Positions 1 through 11,398 of a stretch of 27,983 bases of DNA are shown here, piece after piece; the stretch's first letter is position 1; each line of letters begins with the position of its first letter. The notes beneath the pieces were generated by a model, which was given only the letters and a program-made list of their open reading frames with translations, made no database searches and was not told the origin of the DNA. The stretch is from Trichinella spiralis (lineage: Eukaryota): contig NW_003526945.1 in assembly GCF_000181795.1 (NCBI RefSeq), forward strand, positions 3,565,116 through 3,593,098. Reading direction: 5' to 3'. The position numbers and the translations under genes are program-made.

Positions 1-72
1 AGTGTGCTATGAAAGCAAACAACGCCACTGTGTGAGTAGTATGTAAGCCTTGGGCAGAAGGGGCAGAAAATC

Positions 73-82
73 AGCCAATCAG
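73..82 (+). promoter_or_regulatory. CCAAT box (NF-Y-type site), AGCCAATCAG
   Basis: Matches the extended NF-Y consensus RRCCAATCAG and follows a GGGCAGAA direct repeat (52-68). Target gene not identified. Confidence 0.3.
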
Positions 83-926
83 GCGATGAAATAGCAACGC
101 TTTTTCTCATTTCAAATTTAAAAAAATATTCAAATCGAAAATTTGACAAAATACAGTAAGCTACTCTCTTTCTCGCTCTCCCTTAGACATACACACACAA
201 AATAACAACAACAACAATTGATGACTGAATGCGCGCGCTGCAAAGATTCCCAGCGTTGCATATTGGTAGAACAAAATCGCGCCAAATTTACCTGATCTGC
301 AGAAGGCTCTGCTACTGCAACAACACTATCCACTTCTGATTCTTCTGCCAATGGGACAGCAACAGCGTCCATAACTGACTACCAACGGAACTTCGACCCG
401 ATGGAGACAAGACGCCAAAGAACCGACTGTTCTACAGTATACTACTGGTACATGAACCAAGTTTATGTGAACCTCAGGTAACACAAGCACAAAATCTACT
501 TTAAATTACATTCCTGATAATAATAGAACAAAACAAATGCTTTGGAGAAATACAATTGTTTTTTTTATAATTTGTATTATTTTTAATTATTTAATGAAAT
601 GACAATTAATTTTTTTTTCACAAGTAAACAACCTCATTTGACCCACTTTTGATCTATTACCTGAGGAAATTGTTTGCACTGGTGACTTGACGCTTTTATG
701 TTGAACGATAAAATAATAGCTGAAGGCTTTGTTCGCAAAATTCTTCCTGAATATTTCAGAAACACAATACAGAACTCAAATTCTACTGTATATGCGTGCA
801 TAGATTTTCAAAAGATGGATAACCGTTGAAAATTGTCAAACGTTAAACAGAAATTCTCTTTTCTATTGAACAAATCAATAACAATAATAACCTTTCGCGA
901 GAGCACTAATTTGCCAAAAAGCATTC

Positions 927-950
927 TTGTTGTTGTTGTTGTTGCTGTTG
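927..950. repeat. (TTG)n microsatellite
   Basis: Six TTG units followed by CTG TTG, read directly from the sequence. Confidence 0.8.
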
Positions 951-1441
951 AAATTACTTTATTTTATTGAAACAATTCTTTTATTAAATTAATTTCTGCT
1001 TTTATTTAACATTTTATATTTACTATTATTATGATGCTGTTGTTTTTAATCAACTTTAAATAATTCCATTTTGAAATACATTGAAACAACTCAAATCAAT
1101 CTGTTTGAGTGGAAAATGCGAATAAATTTTTTTTTATTCAACTATCTTCGTAGGTACTTAGAAGTGTTTTATTGAAATTTTCATTGCTGGTCATTCATTC
1201 AAAGCTTGCATTCACCGCATGCCAATTATATTTAACCTCTGTGATTATTTGCAAAAACTTTCACATCAAACAAAAATATTCGACATTTCAAAATTAAATA
1301 CCATTTTGCAAGTATGATGACAATATTACACTGCAAAACAGTTTTTCGTTATTGCAATTGAAATTTGCTAGATGTCAGCAATGCGCGACTATAATCAAAC
1401 AACAATTTCATTAACACAGCCAGCAGGTAATTTATTGACAT

Positions 1442-2182
1442 TTATTCTGAACAAATTCGTAATTTAATCGTAAACAAGCAATATGCATTTACGTATCACT
1501 TTTGACTGCGACGATGACGTGCTTGATACATCATCTAAAAATATAAGAGTTTAATAAAATTTAAATTGGAAAAACTGAACAACAATACGATCGAAACAAT
1601 TACAAATACAAGCCAAGTACCTTCAACTTCACCATGCGCGATGTACACTGTTTTTTCTGCAGTAGATTCTTCAAAATGTTTTGATTCGAACAATAATCTC
1701 AATTCTTCGTCAGTCGACAGTGCCGCTGCCATAGCCCATGGATCAATTCGACTCCGTTTCAATTTCTTTGCGGCAGTTCCACTGATATCTACTAATTCAG
1801 CGAGCAAATATTCCAAAACGGCAGATAAGTAAACAGCAGCACCAGCGGACACTGACAACTCGGGAAACCTGTCTTGAACAACGTCTTGAATTACTTCATA
1901 TGGAATAATAAAATCGCCATCTTCATTGCTTTCAATTTCGCTGGCTGGATTATGAAACTCATTCGTATGTGGGATCATTTCTGGGTCCACTTCAGCACGA
2001 ACACGTTCAGGAAACTTTCTGCAAAAAACTGAAGAAGAGTTTTCACCATATTCACTGTTGATGCTTTCCATGTAAACAACGTCGTCAATTTTTCGTCGAC
2101 AAACTCTGCACCGATTGCTTCGTTTTGAACTGCTATTCACTGGAAATAGTGAATTAAACAAATTTTAAATTAACACACCCAT
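1442..2182 (-). CDS. Divergent histone H2A-fold protein (atypical H2A variant) with long N-terminal extension; spliced
   Basis: VSAGAAVYLSAVLEYLLAELVDISGTAAKKLKRSRIDPWAMAAALSTDEELRLLF aligns with H2A helices 2-3 and alphaC ([55 protein letters not shown]). Proposed exons: 2182-2179 (ATGG), 2139-1621, 1534-1493, 1446-1442; if the last intron is retained the stop ends at 1464. The first exon is uncertain: 3506-3347 is also phase compatible. Confidence 0.8.
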
Positions 2183-4366
2183 GCTTGTGTTACAGATTGT
2201 CTTAAAATCAACAAATTCAACTCACTTTTAATTCATCAACCGGATGAAAATAATAAACTATTTTTTCAACCAAAAGCTTCAGTGAGAAGTTTCAAAATAT
2301 TCTAACCAAACCAACAGTACTCCTTTAAAGACAAGCAAGATAATACAGTATACTGAAGATATTGATTCATTTTAAAATAAATACATTTTACTGAAAGTTA
2401 ATTGAAAAATGTTAATCTTTGACTATTTCCTAAATTTTAAATTTATATAAAACATTTTATAATGACTTTTAACGCATAATTATCATTTTCAATAATTAAT
2501 CAATTTTTGTATTGCTTAGCTATGATTTATTTATTTTTAAAAAGATTTATTTTTAATTTTTATAAAAATTGCACTAATTTTGAACATTTATTGTTTTATC
2601 TAATGCATTCTATGAAGGAATTTGTAGTCCATGAACGATTCATTATCATGTTCATCACTGCATTATCAGCTTTTTATCACTGGTTGGAAACTTGTAAAAT
2701 AATAGCAATTTACAAAATGGAAAATGTATCACATTGGAAAAGTATGTATAAAAAATGTTTTTCAAATATATTTTACTTTTAAATTCTAGGAAGGCAATGT
2801 CTGCTTCAATGATTTACATTTATCATTTGCATATCATGGGCATTTACATTGTAAATTTACCCTTAGTCACTATGATAAAGTTTCATTTCGATATAATAGT
2901 AATATACGTAGAATGAAAAATGTTCATTTATTTATACTGTAAAACTTTTTAAAGAATATTTTTCTAAATTACTCGAACATGAAAAAGAATCTGAAGAAGC
3001 GTGAGCTGTCGTATCAGTTGCTAATTATAACCAAACACAACAAGGCTGATGATGTTCAAATGGTGTAGCTTATTAATTAATAGCTTTTGCAACGGAAGAG
3101 TTTTTCATCTGGATGCCCGTTGCCGAGGGAAAAATTTCAACGACAGTCTGCTTTTTGCGTATGTCGAATGTCGGCGTTGGATGGGTGATTTGAGAAATTT
3201 CGCCTCGGTCGGTTTTCAATTGCTTCGAGTTTTCGATTTCTGCACTTTGAAAATTGGAATAAGAATTCTCAAATTTTTCCCGGCCAACGAATTCACTGAA
3301 CGCGATGTAAACTCCACTATATTCTATTTCCAAAGTATTTTCTCACCTCGGAAGCTGGCTAGTAAAAAGCCAATTTCTTCAACAGCAATTATCCGACGTC
3401 GTTTCTTCTTTTCGGCTGTAAAATAAGCAACGAATGTTTCGTGCCAGATGGTCACCGGGCAACATTTTGGGATTCCATAGGCGAAGAACACATTTTTCAA
3501 ATCCATTTGTCAAAGCTGTTCGCTTGGAAGAAGCAAAGTTTGCTTTTTTATCACAATTTTCTAATCTTCAGCAACCTTTTGGCTTTCTCTGCTAAAACAT
3601 CTCAACTTTATCTTTCAACATTTTCAAAATATCCTACTTTTTTTGCTCAATTTCAAAAGGTATCTTTTAAATTGTTTTTTCATGCTAATAAAGCTTAGAT
3701 GTTTGTATTAGCTGAATTAAAATGTTTATTTTCAGCAAAATTATTTATACATCTTTTTCAACAACGTGAAAGTATTAACTTCTTTTATTTTTGACTCATT
3801 TGATATTTTCTTCTACTACAATTTATTTTATCATGTTTTATTTCAAAGAACTAAAATAATCTTACCAAAAACGTTTCATTATAAATTCTTCTATTGCATT
3901 GATTTATTTAGTTATCATAAAAAAAACTCTTACGATTCTTAAGACAATTTTTTTTCTTTACACAACAGAATATGCTGGAATATCAACTTACAAACAAGTG
4001 ATTACGCAATAATACTATTTTTATAATAAACAAATATTACACTATGTTCTGAGTTTCTAATAAATCATTTATAATGTAATAATTCTGGCATTCATGTATC
4101 ATTAAATCCAAAATAAAATCTTAATATTTTGGTGTGGTTTAATATCATAGCAATGAGAGCGATGCCACAAAGTAAGCAAAGCGTATATTTAATTCTGAAA
4201 ATACAATTGCAAACTTTTGTGAAACAAAGCAATATGTTTAATTGTAAAAGTTGCTGTTGCACTGATGATATTAAAATCAATAAAATTGAATTGCAGCGCC
4301 ATTTATTGTTTGTCTTGTGACGTATGTCATTAATTTGCATTTCTTTACTTGTCCTATTTAGATAGC

Positions 4367-7300
4367 ATGAGCATTTCAATAAATAAAGCAAACGATGCTA
4401 GCAATTCCAATCAGAAAGAAAATAATTCGGCAAAAGTAAATTGGGGTAGAATATTTTCATATTTACCGTATTTTGTATTGACTTATTTCAGCTTCTTGGT
4501 TGTTTGGAGCCAGATGATGAACAGTTTGAACAAAAGCCTGTCGACTTGCTGCGGCAAGAATTGGATAGTTCAGCATCGGCTTTGGATGCTATAAGACGTC
4601 ACTTATTAACCAGTTTAAAAAGCATCGATTGGGCGATGTTAGCTTCAACCCCGTAAATTAGGAAAGCATTTCTTTTAATAAAATAAATACTAGAGTATTT
4701 TTTCTGCAATAGTTTGGAAAATGCCAACAACAACGACGGGACATCTAAATCGAAAAACCATGTTCATTTTGATGATAATGTGATCAATGTAGATTTAGAA
4801 TATTCTTTTGATGGTACAATTGAGAGTACCACATCGTCAGTTGGAGAGGAGCAAAGTGAGTTTTATCAAATTTTTTAGATATTAATCGTTGAATAGGTTG
4901 AATAAATTTTATTAAAATTTTGAGGCTTATCTCAAGAATGGATATCAGCCGAATGTCTTCTTGCCGAGCGCTTTGACAATGAACTAGATTTATTAACTCG
5001 ACTTCACCTGGCATTTTCTCACGCTCTTTCCCGACCTGAACTGAAGCAAGCCGGGGCATTGATTCGTTCTTGTCGTTGGTTGATGGCTGAATTTTGTGAG
5101 CCGCAAACTTCAAAATTGCCCAATCGAATGATCACAGCAGTGGAATTGCGTGACCATTTGAATACGTTGTCTTCAGGCTTTTTGACAGCAATATCCAAAG
5201 GATGTTGGTCCAAAGGAGCGGGATTTGGTCAAGAAAAGTTGAAACCGAACTCTGGAACTACTTCAGCTGCAAAGCTGCCGGCGGTTCAATGTAAACAAGC
5301 CGAAGAAGCAATGAATAGATTGCTTCGAGGCGAGATACTTGGCGGAAGAGAAAGCGATGAAGAAGAGCCTTGTGAAAATGCATGCAGCTTTTTTAGAAGT
5401 CAGTTGAGCAGCATCGGACATTGTGTGGCAGCGATGTGCGAAGCGTGGAGTGCGATAGAAGCTTGCCTTTGTCCTGATGATTTGAAATATCTTTTTGAAC
5501 TCATCCGTGATCTTCGTAATTTGTACTTGTATTACAATACACTGGCAGAACAAATTACCCACAATCAGAGGGTGGAGATGACTTGCGAACTGAGGTGCAA
5601 TTTTTTCCACCGCTTCAGCGAAGAACTGACCTGGCCGGCACAACGATGCTGGAACAAGCTGTTGGAACTGCTTCCTGTGGATGTTGGTGAACAGCTTACG
5701 AGTGGTGTCTTTTCTGAATTTGAAAAAAAATTAATCAAAGTTACATCGGATGTTGGATCATTTACCGAAGCAAAAAATCTCATATTGCCGCTTCTTCGAT
5801 TTGTCGAGGCGCCCAATCGTTTGGAGCTGTTGTCCAGGGCAAAACGCTTGTTGCAATTGGTGGATGAGCGCAAGAGCCGTTTATTGTCAGAAATTTGCTT
5901 TTTGTCCACAGCTGACGCAAATGGATCTTCAGAAACAATTTATTTGGAACCGAATCCGTTGAAATCACTCCAACGAGTCGGCACTAATTTGCAGCACGTT
6001 TTGCGTCTTTGCTGCGGTTCGTCCGTTTCTTCGGAACGGATCAAACTTGCAACCGAATCATCAGTAGATGGACTTTTGGAAATCTTTGCAACCAAAAGTG
6101 GTCTCGATGTTGAACAGCTTACAAATTGGCATAAAATGCCAATTCGCTTAGCTTTCATCCGTGGTACAGTACTCTGCTTGCACCAGTGGATTGCTGATGA
6201 AGCGAGATCTGTGTTGAAAGATTTGCCGAGATCGAACAGCCAAGCGGCGTATGAATCGTTGTGCTTGACTCCGACAAGATGCTTTTTTGCTTCTGCAATT
6301 TTTGGACACGTCACTAAACTGATGGCTGCAGTTATATCCGTCAAATTCGGTTTTCCATACAATTTGATCACTGATTCAGAAGTGAGTATTTCATTTGATA
6401 CGTGCTCCGTGTAAAAGAATCGAATTTTCAATTAACATCACCCAACAAATTATTGTCAAATATTTTAAAATAATTACAAATGGAATTTATTTAGGATAAA
6501 AATAATGAAATTTATTATTTGAAGAAAATTGTTGCTGAGCAGAAACAAATTTTAGCAATGAAAGAAGCTCAACGTTCTGATTTGGAAAAACAGTTGAAAA
6601 AATTGAAAGTAAATCTACACTTATCATTGTATGAATGCGTTTAATATTACTTTTATCATTTGAATAATTTTTAGGATTTAAATGAGAAAAATATTGAAAC
6701 GGTAATGAATGCGGCAACTGAACTCGTCAAAGAGAACACAAAGAATTACGAATGCAAACTGAAAGCATTAAAAATTGAGCATGAACAAGCATTCATTGAA
6801 GAACGCACTGCGACAAGTCGAGGTGATGCATTCTGTTTAAAAAAATTAAGCTTTGTTATGTTGTAAAATTGTGAAATTTTACTTTTACTTAAAGCCATCG
6901 AAGTGCTGAAGCAACAGTTCGATGTCCAGCTCAGAGAACGTTTGAAAAGATGTCGCATTGACAGTTCAGATACGGAAACGAACAACATTCAAACGAAGTA
7001 TTACGATTTGAAAATTTAAATTTGTAAAAGTATTTTAAATCATAATCAATTGCTTCATCTTTTTCAAACATTTAAAAATCAATAAGTCTACAATAATTAA
7101 AATATTATGCTTGTGATTTCAGTTCATTACGTCTATTTTAAAAATTACAGTAATATTGGTTGGTGTTGTTCAATATAGGGAATTTACCAACCTGTTGGAC
7201 CACTTTGCAAAATTATCGTTGGAGTATAATAAAATTCTGATTGAGAAAACGGCACTAGAACAGCAGCTGTACAGTTGTGGTGTGCAAAAAATGTAATATT

Positions 7301-7715
7301 CTATTTTTGAAAATTATTCATATTGTCAAAATCTTTGATTTTGAAACAAAAAATTGATCATTTATCCTTCTGAATATTCATTTCATTTAATCATTGCATT
7401 TTAAGCAAAACTAATAGCAGCAATAATGGCAGCGATGGAATCCAGCTTGAACTGATTAAAGAAGTATGCTAGCTGTTGTTATTTTATGCTCCATTTTGTA
7501 AATTTTCTTTGATTGAGGATTGTGATGAACAAATGGACCGCTTTAGTGGAACAAAAAGCAAAAATAATGCAACTAAAAAAACCACCACCTCCAGTGCGTT
7601 GCTGGTTGAGAAATTGTTGATTCATTGCGATAAATTATCAATTTCATTTCAGAAATCCTACAATATGATGAACCAAAGTGGAAAAATGACGCGCATCTGT
7701 GCAACGGATACGTAA
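4367..7715 (+). CDS. ~850-aa protein with C-terminal coiled coil resembling the MPRIP/TRIOBP/Outspread family; N-terminal part unassigned
   Basis: Frame-consistent exons 4367-4435, 4492-4652, 4713-4855, 4925-6381, 6495-6608, 6675-6822, 6895-6997, 7179-7292, 7406-7463, 7518-7715 (last two less certain). Heptad-rich region EHEQAFIEERTATSRAIEVLK...LSLEYNKILIEKTALEQQL resembles MPRIP [21 protein letters not shown]...LSEQYSQKCLENAHLAQAL (from memory). The gene is well supported; the family call is tentative. Confidence 0.7.
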
Positions 7716-8421
7716 AACTTTCGTAAGAAATAAAGCAGTTGGTTAAAATGACGAAATGCACACGTCTTATATTTCAGGAATGAAAATTAAAATAGCCGAG
7801 CATCTCTAAAAACTTTCTGCTCAAGAAGCATCTATTCATCTCTTAGTAATAAAAATGTAATGCCAATGATTTTTGTCAAAGATTTTATAATAGTTTTTGA
7901 ATGTCATTTTTTGTTTTAAACTTTCCGTTGAGTTGATTTCACTGAGATATTAATATCAATGTCAAACTAGCTGCCGTTTATGTGAATACTGTTTGAAATT
8001 ATATAAATATTTATTTATGTTATTTATTCATAAAGTATACGTTTAATTTTGAATTATTTCATGTTGCTGATTTTCAAATTTCAATTATTGATTTTATACT
8101 TTAAAATGACAATTTCTATTGAATTATAATCAAGTCAACACTGCAAAACATTTGTTTTATCGTTTGAAATGGCACAAGTTCGAGCAGAAATTATAAAATC
8201 AGATGCTTGAATGCAATTGCATTTATGATATGCATTTTGCATGATTAATTCATCTAATAAAAAATGAAGCATTCAAGTGTACCATTATTTAATATGCTTA
8301 TTATATTTTTGCAACGATTGAATACTTTAAACATTCTTGATGATCAGGTTTACTGTACATGTTTTCATCGAAGAAATGAAGAACGTTTTCAGTGCTGTGC
8401 AGTGAATAGTTGCCGTTAAAT

Positions 8422-11398
8422 ATGAATTTAGTGGAATCCATTCGTTTATACATTGCAGAAATGATACGAATAACTGGTCCTGGAATGAAAGTGCTAGTAA
8501 TGGATAAGGAAACAGTATGGCAATATTTTCTGTATTTATTATTTACAATATATTTGTCAAATAAATAGCTGGATGTAGTTGAATTTATTGAATAAGTTGC
8601 AAAATTTATAATAAAATAATGTTTTATTGTGAAATTTAAATTTTTATACCAAAATAAATACATTTGGTGAGGAAGAACTGCGATGTTTATTAATGAAAAA
8701 ATTAATCGAAGTGAACGCTTCACTTAATGTTGTACTTTCCATGTAGCTGTAGCATCAGTTGTTCGTGTATCATTGAAATGATCAATAAGTAAACTTGATG
8801 TGGAGTTGTTTTGTAATTCAATTTAAATTTTATATATGTTTTTGAGACGGAATCTGCAAATTATTGTCAGTTTCTGTTTGCTTGGTGCAATTTGCTGCTT
8901 CGAGTGTAAAATTCATTACCGCAGTTGGGCAGTAATTGCTTTGATGTGTTTGCTTGCTGTTAAATAATACGTCGAATGAATGGATGATTGAATGAATTAT
9001 TGATCGTTGAGAAGTTATTATTCTTTTCCAGACAGGAATTGTCTCTTGTGCATACGCTCAGTCTGAAGTGATGCAAAAAGAAGTGTATTTATTTGAACGG
9101 ATCGACACCACAGTTCCGCGAGATCCAATCAAATATTTGAAATGCATCGTATTTGTTAGACCGACTCCGGAAAATATAGAGTTGCTTGTTCGTGAGTTGC
9201 AGAATCCAAGCTATAATCAGTATTACTTTTGTAAGTCATGTTATCAATTGCATGATTGAGTATTTTGAAATTGTCGTTGTTGTTCAATTCAGATTTTTCC
9301 AACGTCATCAGCAAAAGTGAGGTTAAACAACTTGCAGAAGCGGACGAGTTCGAAGTTGTGCGTGAAGTGCAGGTAAATGAGAACAACTTGCATACAAAGT
9401 TAATCATTTTTATCTATACTGTCATACTATTGATTTTTTTTTGCAATTTGATTTTCAGGTATGATTTATCATATTAAGTAGTTAAATAAATATTAATTTT
9501 ATTTGTTTGTTTTTTGTTTAGGAATTTTATGCCGATTTTGTAGCGTTGGGTTCTCATCTGTTTTCGTTGAACTTATTTCCTGCTTATCATTGCTTGGATT
9601 GGTCACCGAACGCATTGAAGCGTACAATACAAGGTATATCGTCGGTTATTTTAGCCCTGAAAAAACCTGTTACTATACGCTACCAAGCTTCGTCTGATAT
9701 GACAAAGAAACTTGCCGACAATCTCAAAGTAAGCTTTTTTCATTCATGTGTTCTAGATGTAAAGAAAGAAAATGTGGATTATGTTTTATTTTAGTCCTTG
9801 ATGGCTAAAGAATCTGCATTGTTCAATATAGCTGGTAGTAGTTCAGATCATTGTGCGTTGTTGTTAATTTTGGATCGACGATTCGATGCCATTACGCCTT
9901 TATTGAATCAAGCAAGTTTTACTGAATTATTTTCGTGGTCAATTGGAAATTCTTGATTGCTTGTATTATTGTTTGAACTGTGCATATTTTGTTGTTTTTA
10001 CTTATTATAGTGGACATATCAAGCAATGGTACATGAATTGTTTGGTATAAAAAATAATCGTGTTAGCATGGAAGGCGTTTCTGGGGTTCGACCGGAGATG
10101 CGAGAATTGTTATTAAATCCATTGCAGGATGCGTTTTACGCCAAAGTGATTATTTATTATGTTGTTTTTGTCAAAAGAGACGGGGCTATTTATTATTTGC
10201 GAGCAAGTAAATGTTTTCATTTTAGAACATGTATTCCAACTTTGGTGAAATAGGCCAGAGAATCAAAGAGATGATGGATGAATTTCAGAAGAAAGCACAA
10301 ACGCATCAAAAGCTTGAATCTATAGCCGATTTGAAAGCATTTGTGGAACAGTATCCGCAATTCAAAAAGATGTCCGGTGCTGTTGCCAAACATGTGACGT
10401 TGGTGAGCGAGTTGAGCCGATTGGTTTCAGAATACAATTTGCTAGAAATATCTGAATTAGAACAACATCTTGCCTGTTACGAAGAGCACACCAATTCGTT
10501 GAAGGTATATGTCACCATTGATTTTAATAGCATTAATAATTTGTTGTTAATTTTTGGAAATACGTTAAAATTTTAAGAACATTCGACGTATGTTGAATCA
10601 CGAAAAGACATCCGATCTTGACGCGACTAGATTGGTTATGCTTTACGCTTTACGCTTCGAATCTCATCCCAATAACGACATACGTGGATTGGTGAATCAG
10701 CTTCGTAAACGAGGTCTTCCGGAGAAATACTATCACGCTATTTATGATGTTGTGGAATTTGGCGGTGCTAAAATGTGTGGCATTGAAACATCTTCTGAAT
10801 TGGATCCAATCAGAATTACTAAAAAGCTCATCAAAGATTTGAAGGTGGCTGAATTTTATAGTGATTTGTCGAACTGACGAGATTTTTATTTGATAACAAA
10901 GTTCATTCAGGGCGTTGAGAACATTTACACTCAGCACAGGCCTTTGCTTAGCGAAATATTGAACGAATTGTCCAAGAATCGTCTCAAAGAATCCGTCTTT
11001 CCGTACGCTTCTGGTTGCAGTCCACTTGCGAGGTGCTTATTATTATTAGTATTTAAATTCAGTTAATAATTTATTTTTCTGCTTTGGATTATTGATTGAA
11101 TAACATTGTATTTTTTTATTTTCTTTATTCCAGAGTTCACGAAGTGATCGTATTCATTGCTGGCGGTGTCACTTATGAAGAATCTCTTGCTGTGAATACT
11201 TTCAATCAGACTGGTTTGATGAAAGTGATTATAGGTGGTACTACAGTTCACAGCGGACGAAGGTTGGACATTTTGTCTTATTTTGTTTATTTGTTTGTTT
11301 TTTTTTAATTTATTGCTTACAGTTTTATCGATGAAGTTATTAATGCTACACAAGGCGTGATTCGAAGCGGAGCCGGATCCAGCAAATTGCACTTGTAA
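8422..11398 (+). CDS. VPS45: Vacuolar protein sorting-associated protein 45 (Sec1/Munc18 family)
   Basis: Exons 8422-8514, 9032-9230, 9293-9372, 9522-9728, 9795-9911, 10011-10145, 10226-10504, 10578-10844, 10911-11032, 11134-11262, 11323-11398 splice in frame. VPS45 motifs: [98 protein letters not shown]. Confidence 0.97.

Noticed and set aside
130..372. Minus-strand 80-aa ORF
   Set aside because: The C-terminal half derives from (TGT)n/(TG)n simple sequence, there is no recognisable domain, and the strand of any real exon here is unresolved.
2507..2782. 91-aa + strand ORF
   Set aside because: Very AT-rich, Phe/Ile/Lys-biased, non-ATG start; looks like chance intergenic sequence.
5019..6431. 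Several antisense and alternative-frame ORFs
   Set aside because: Shadows of the large coding exon of the + strand gene.
8301..8723. 140-aa minus-strand ORF
   Set aside because: Antisense to VPS45 exon 1 and intron 1; AT-biased with no motif.
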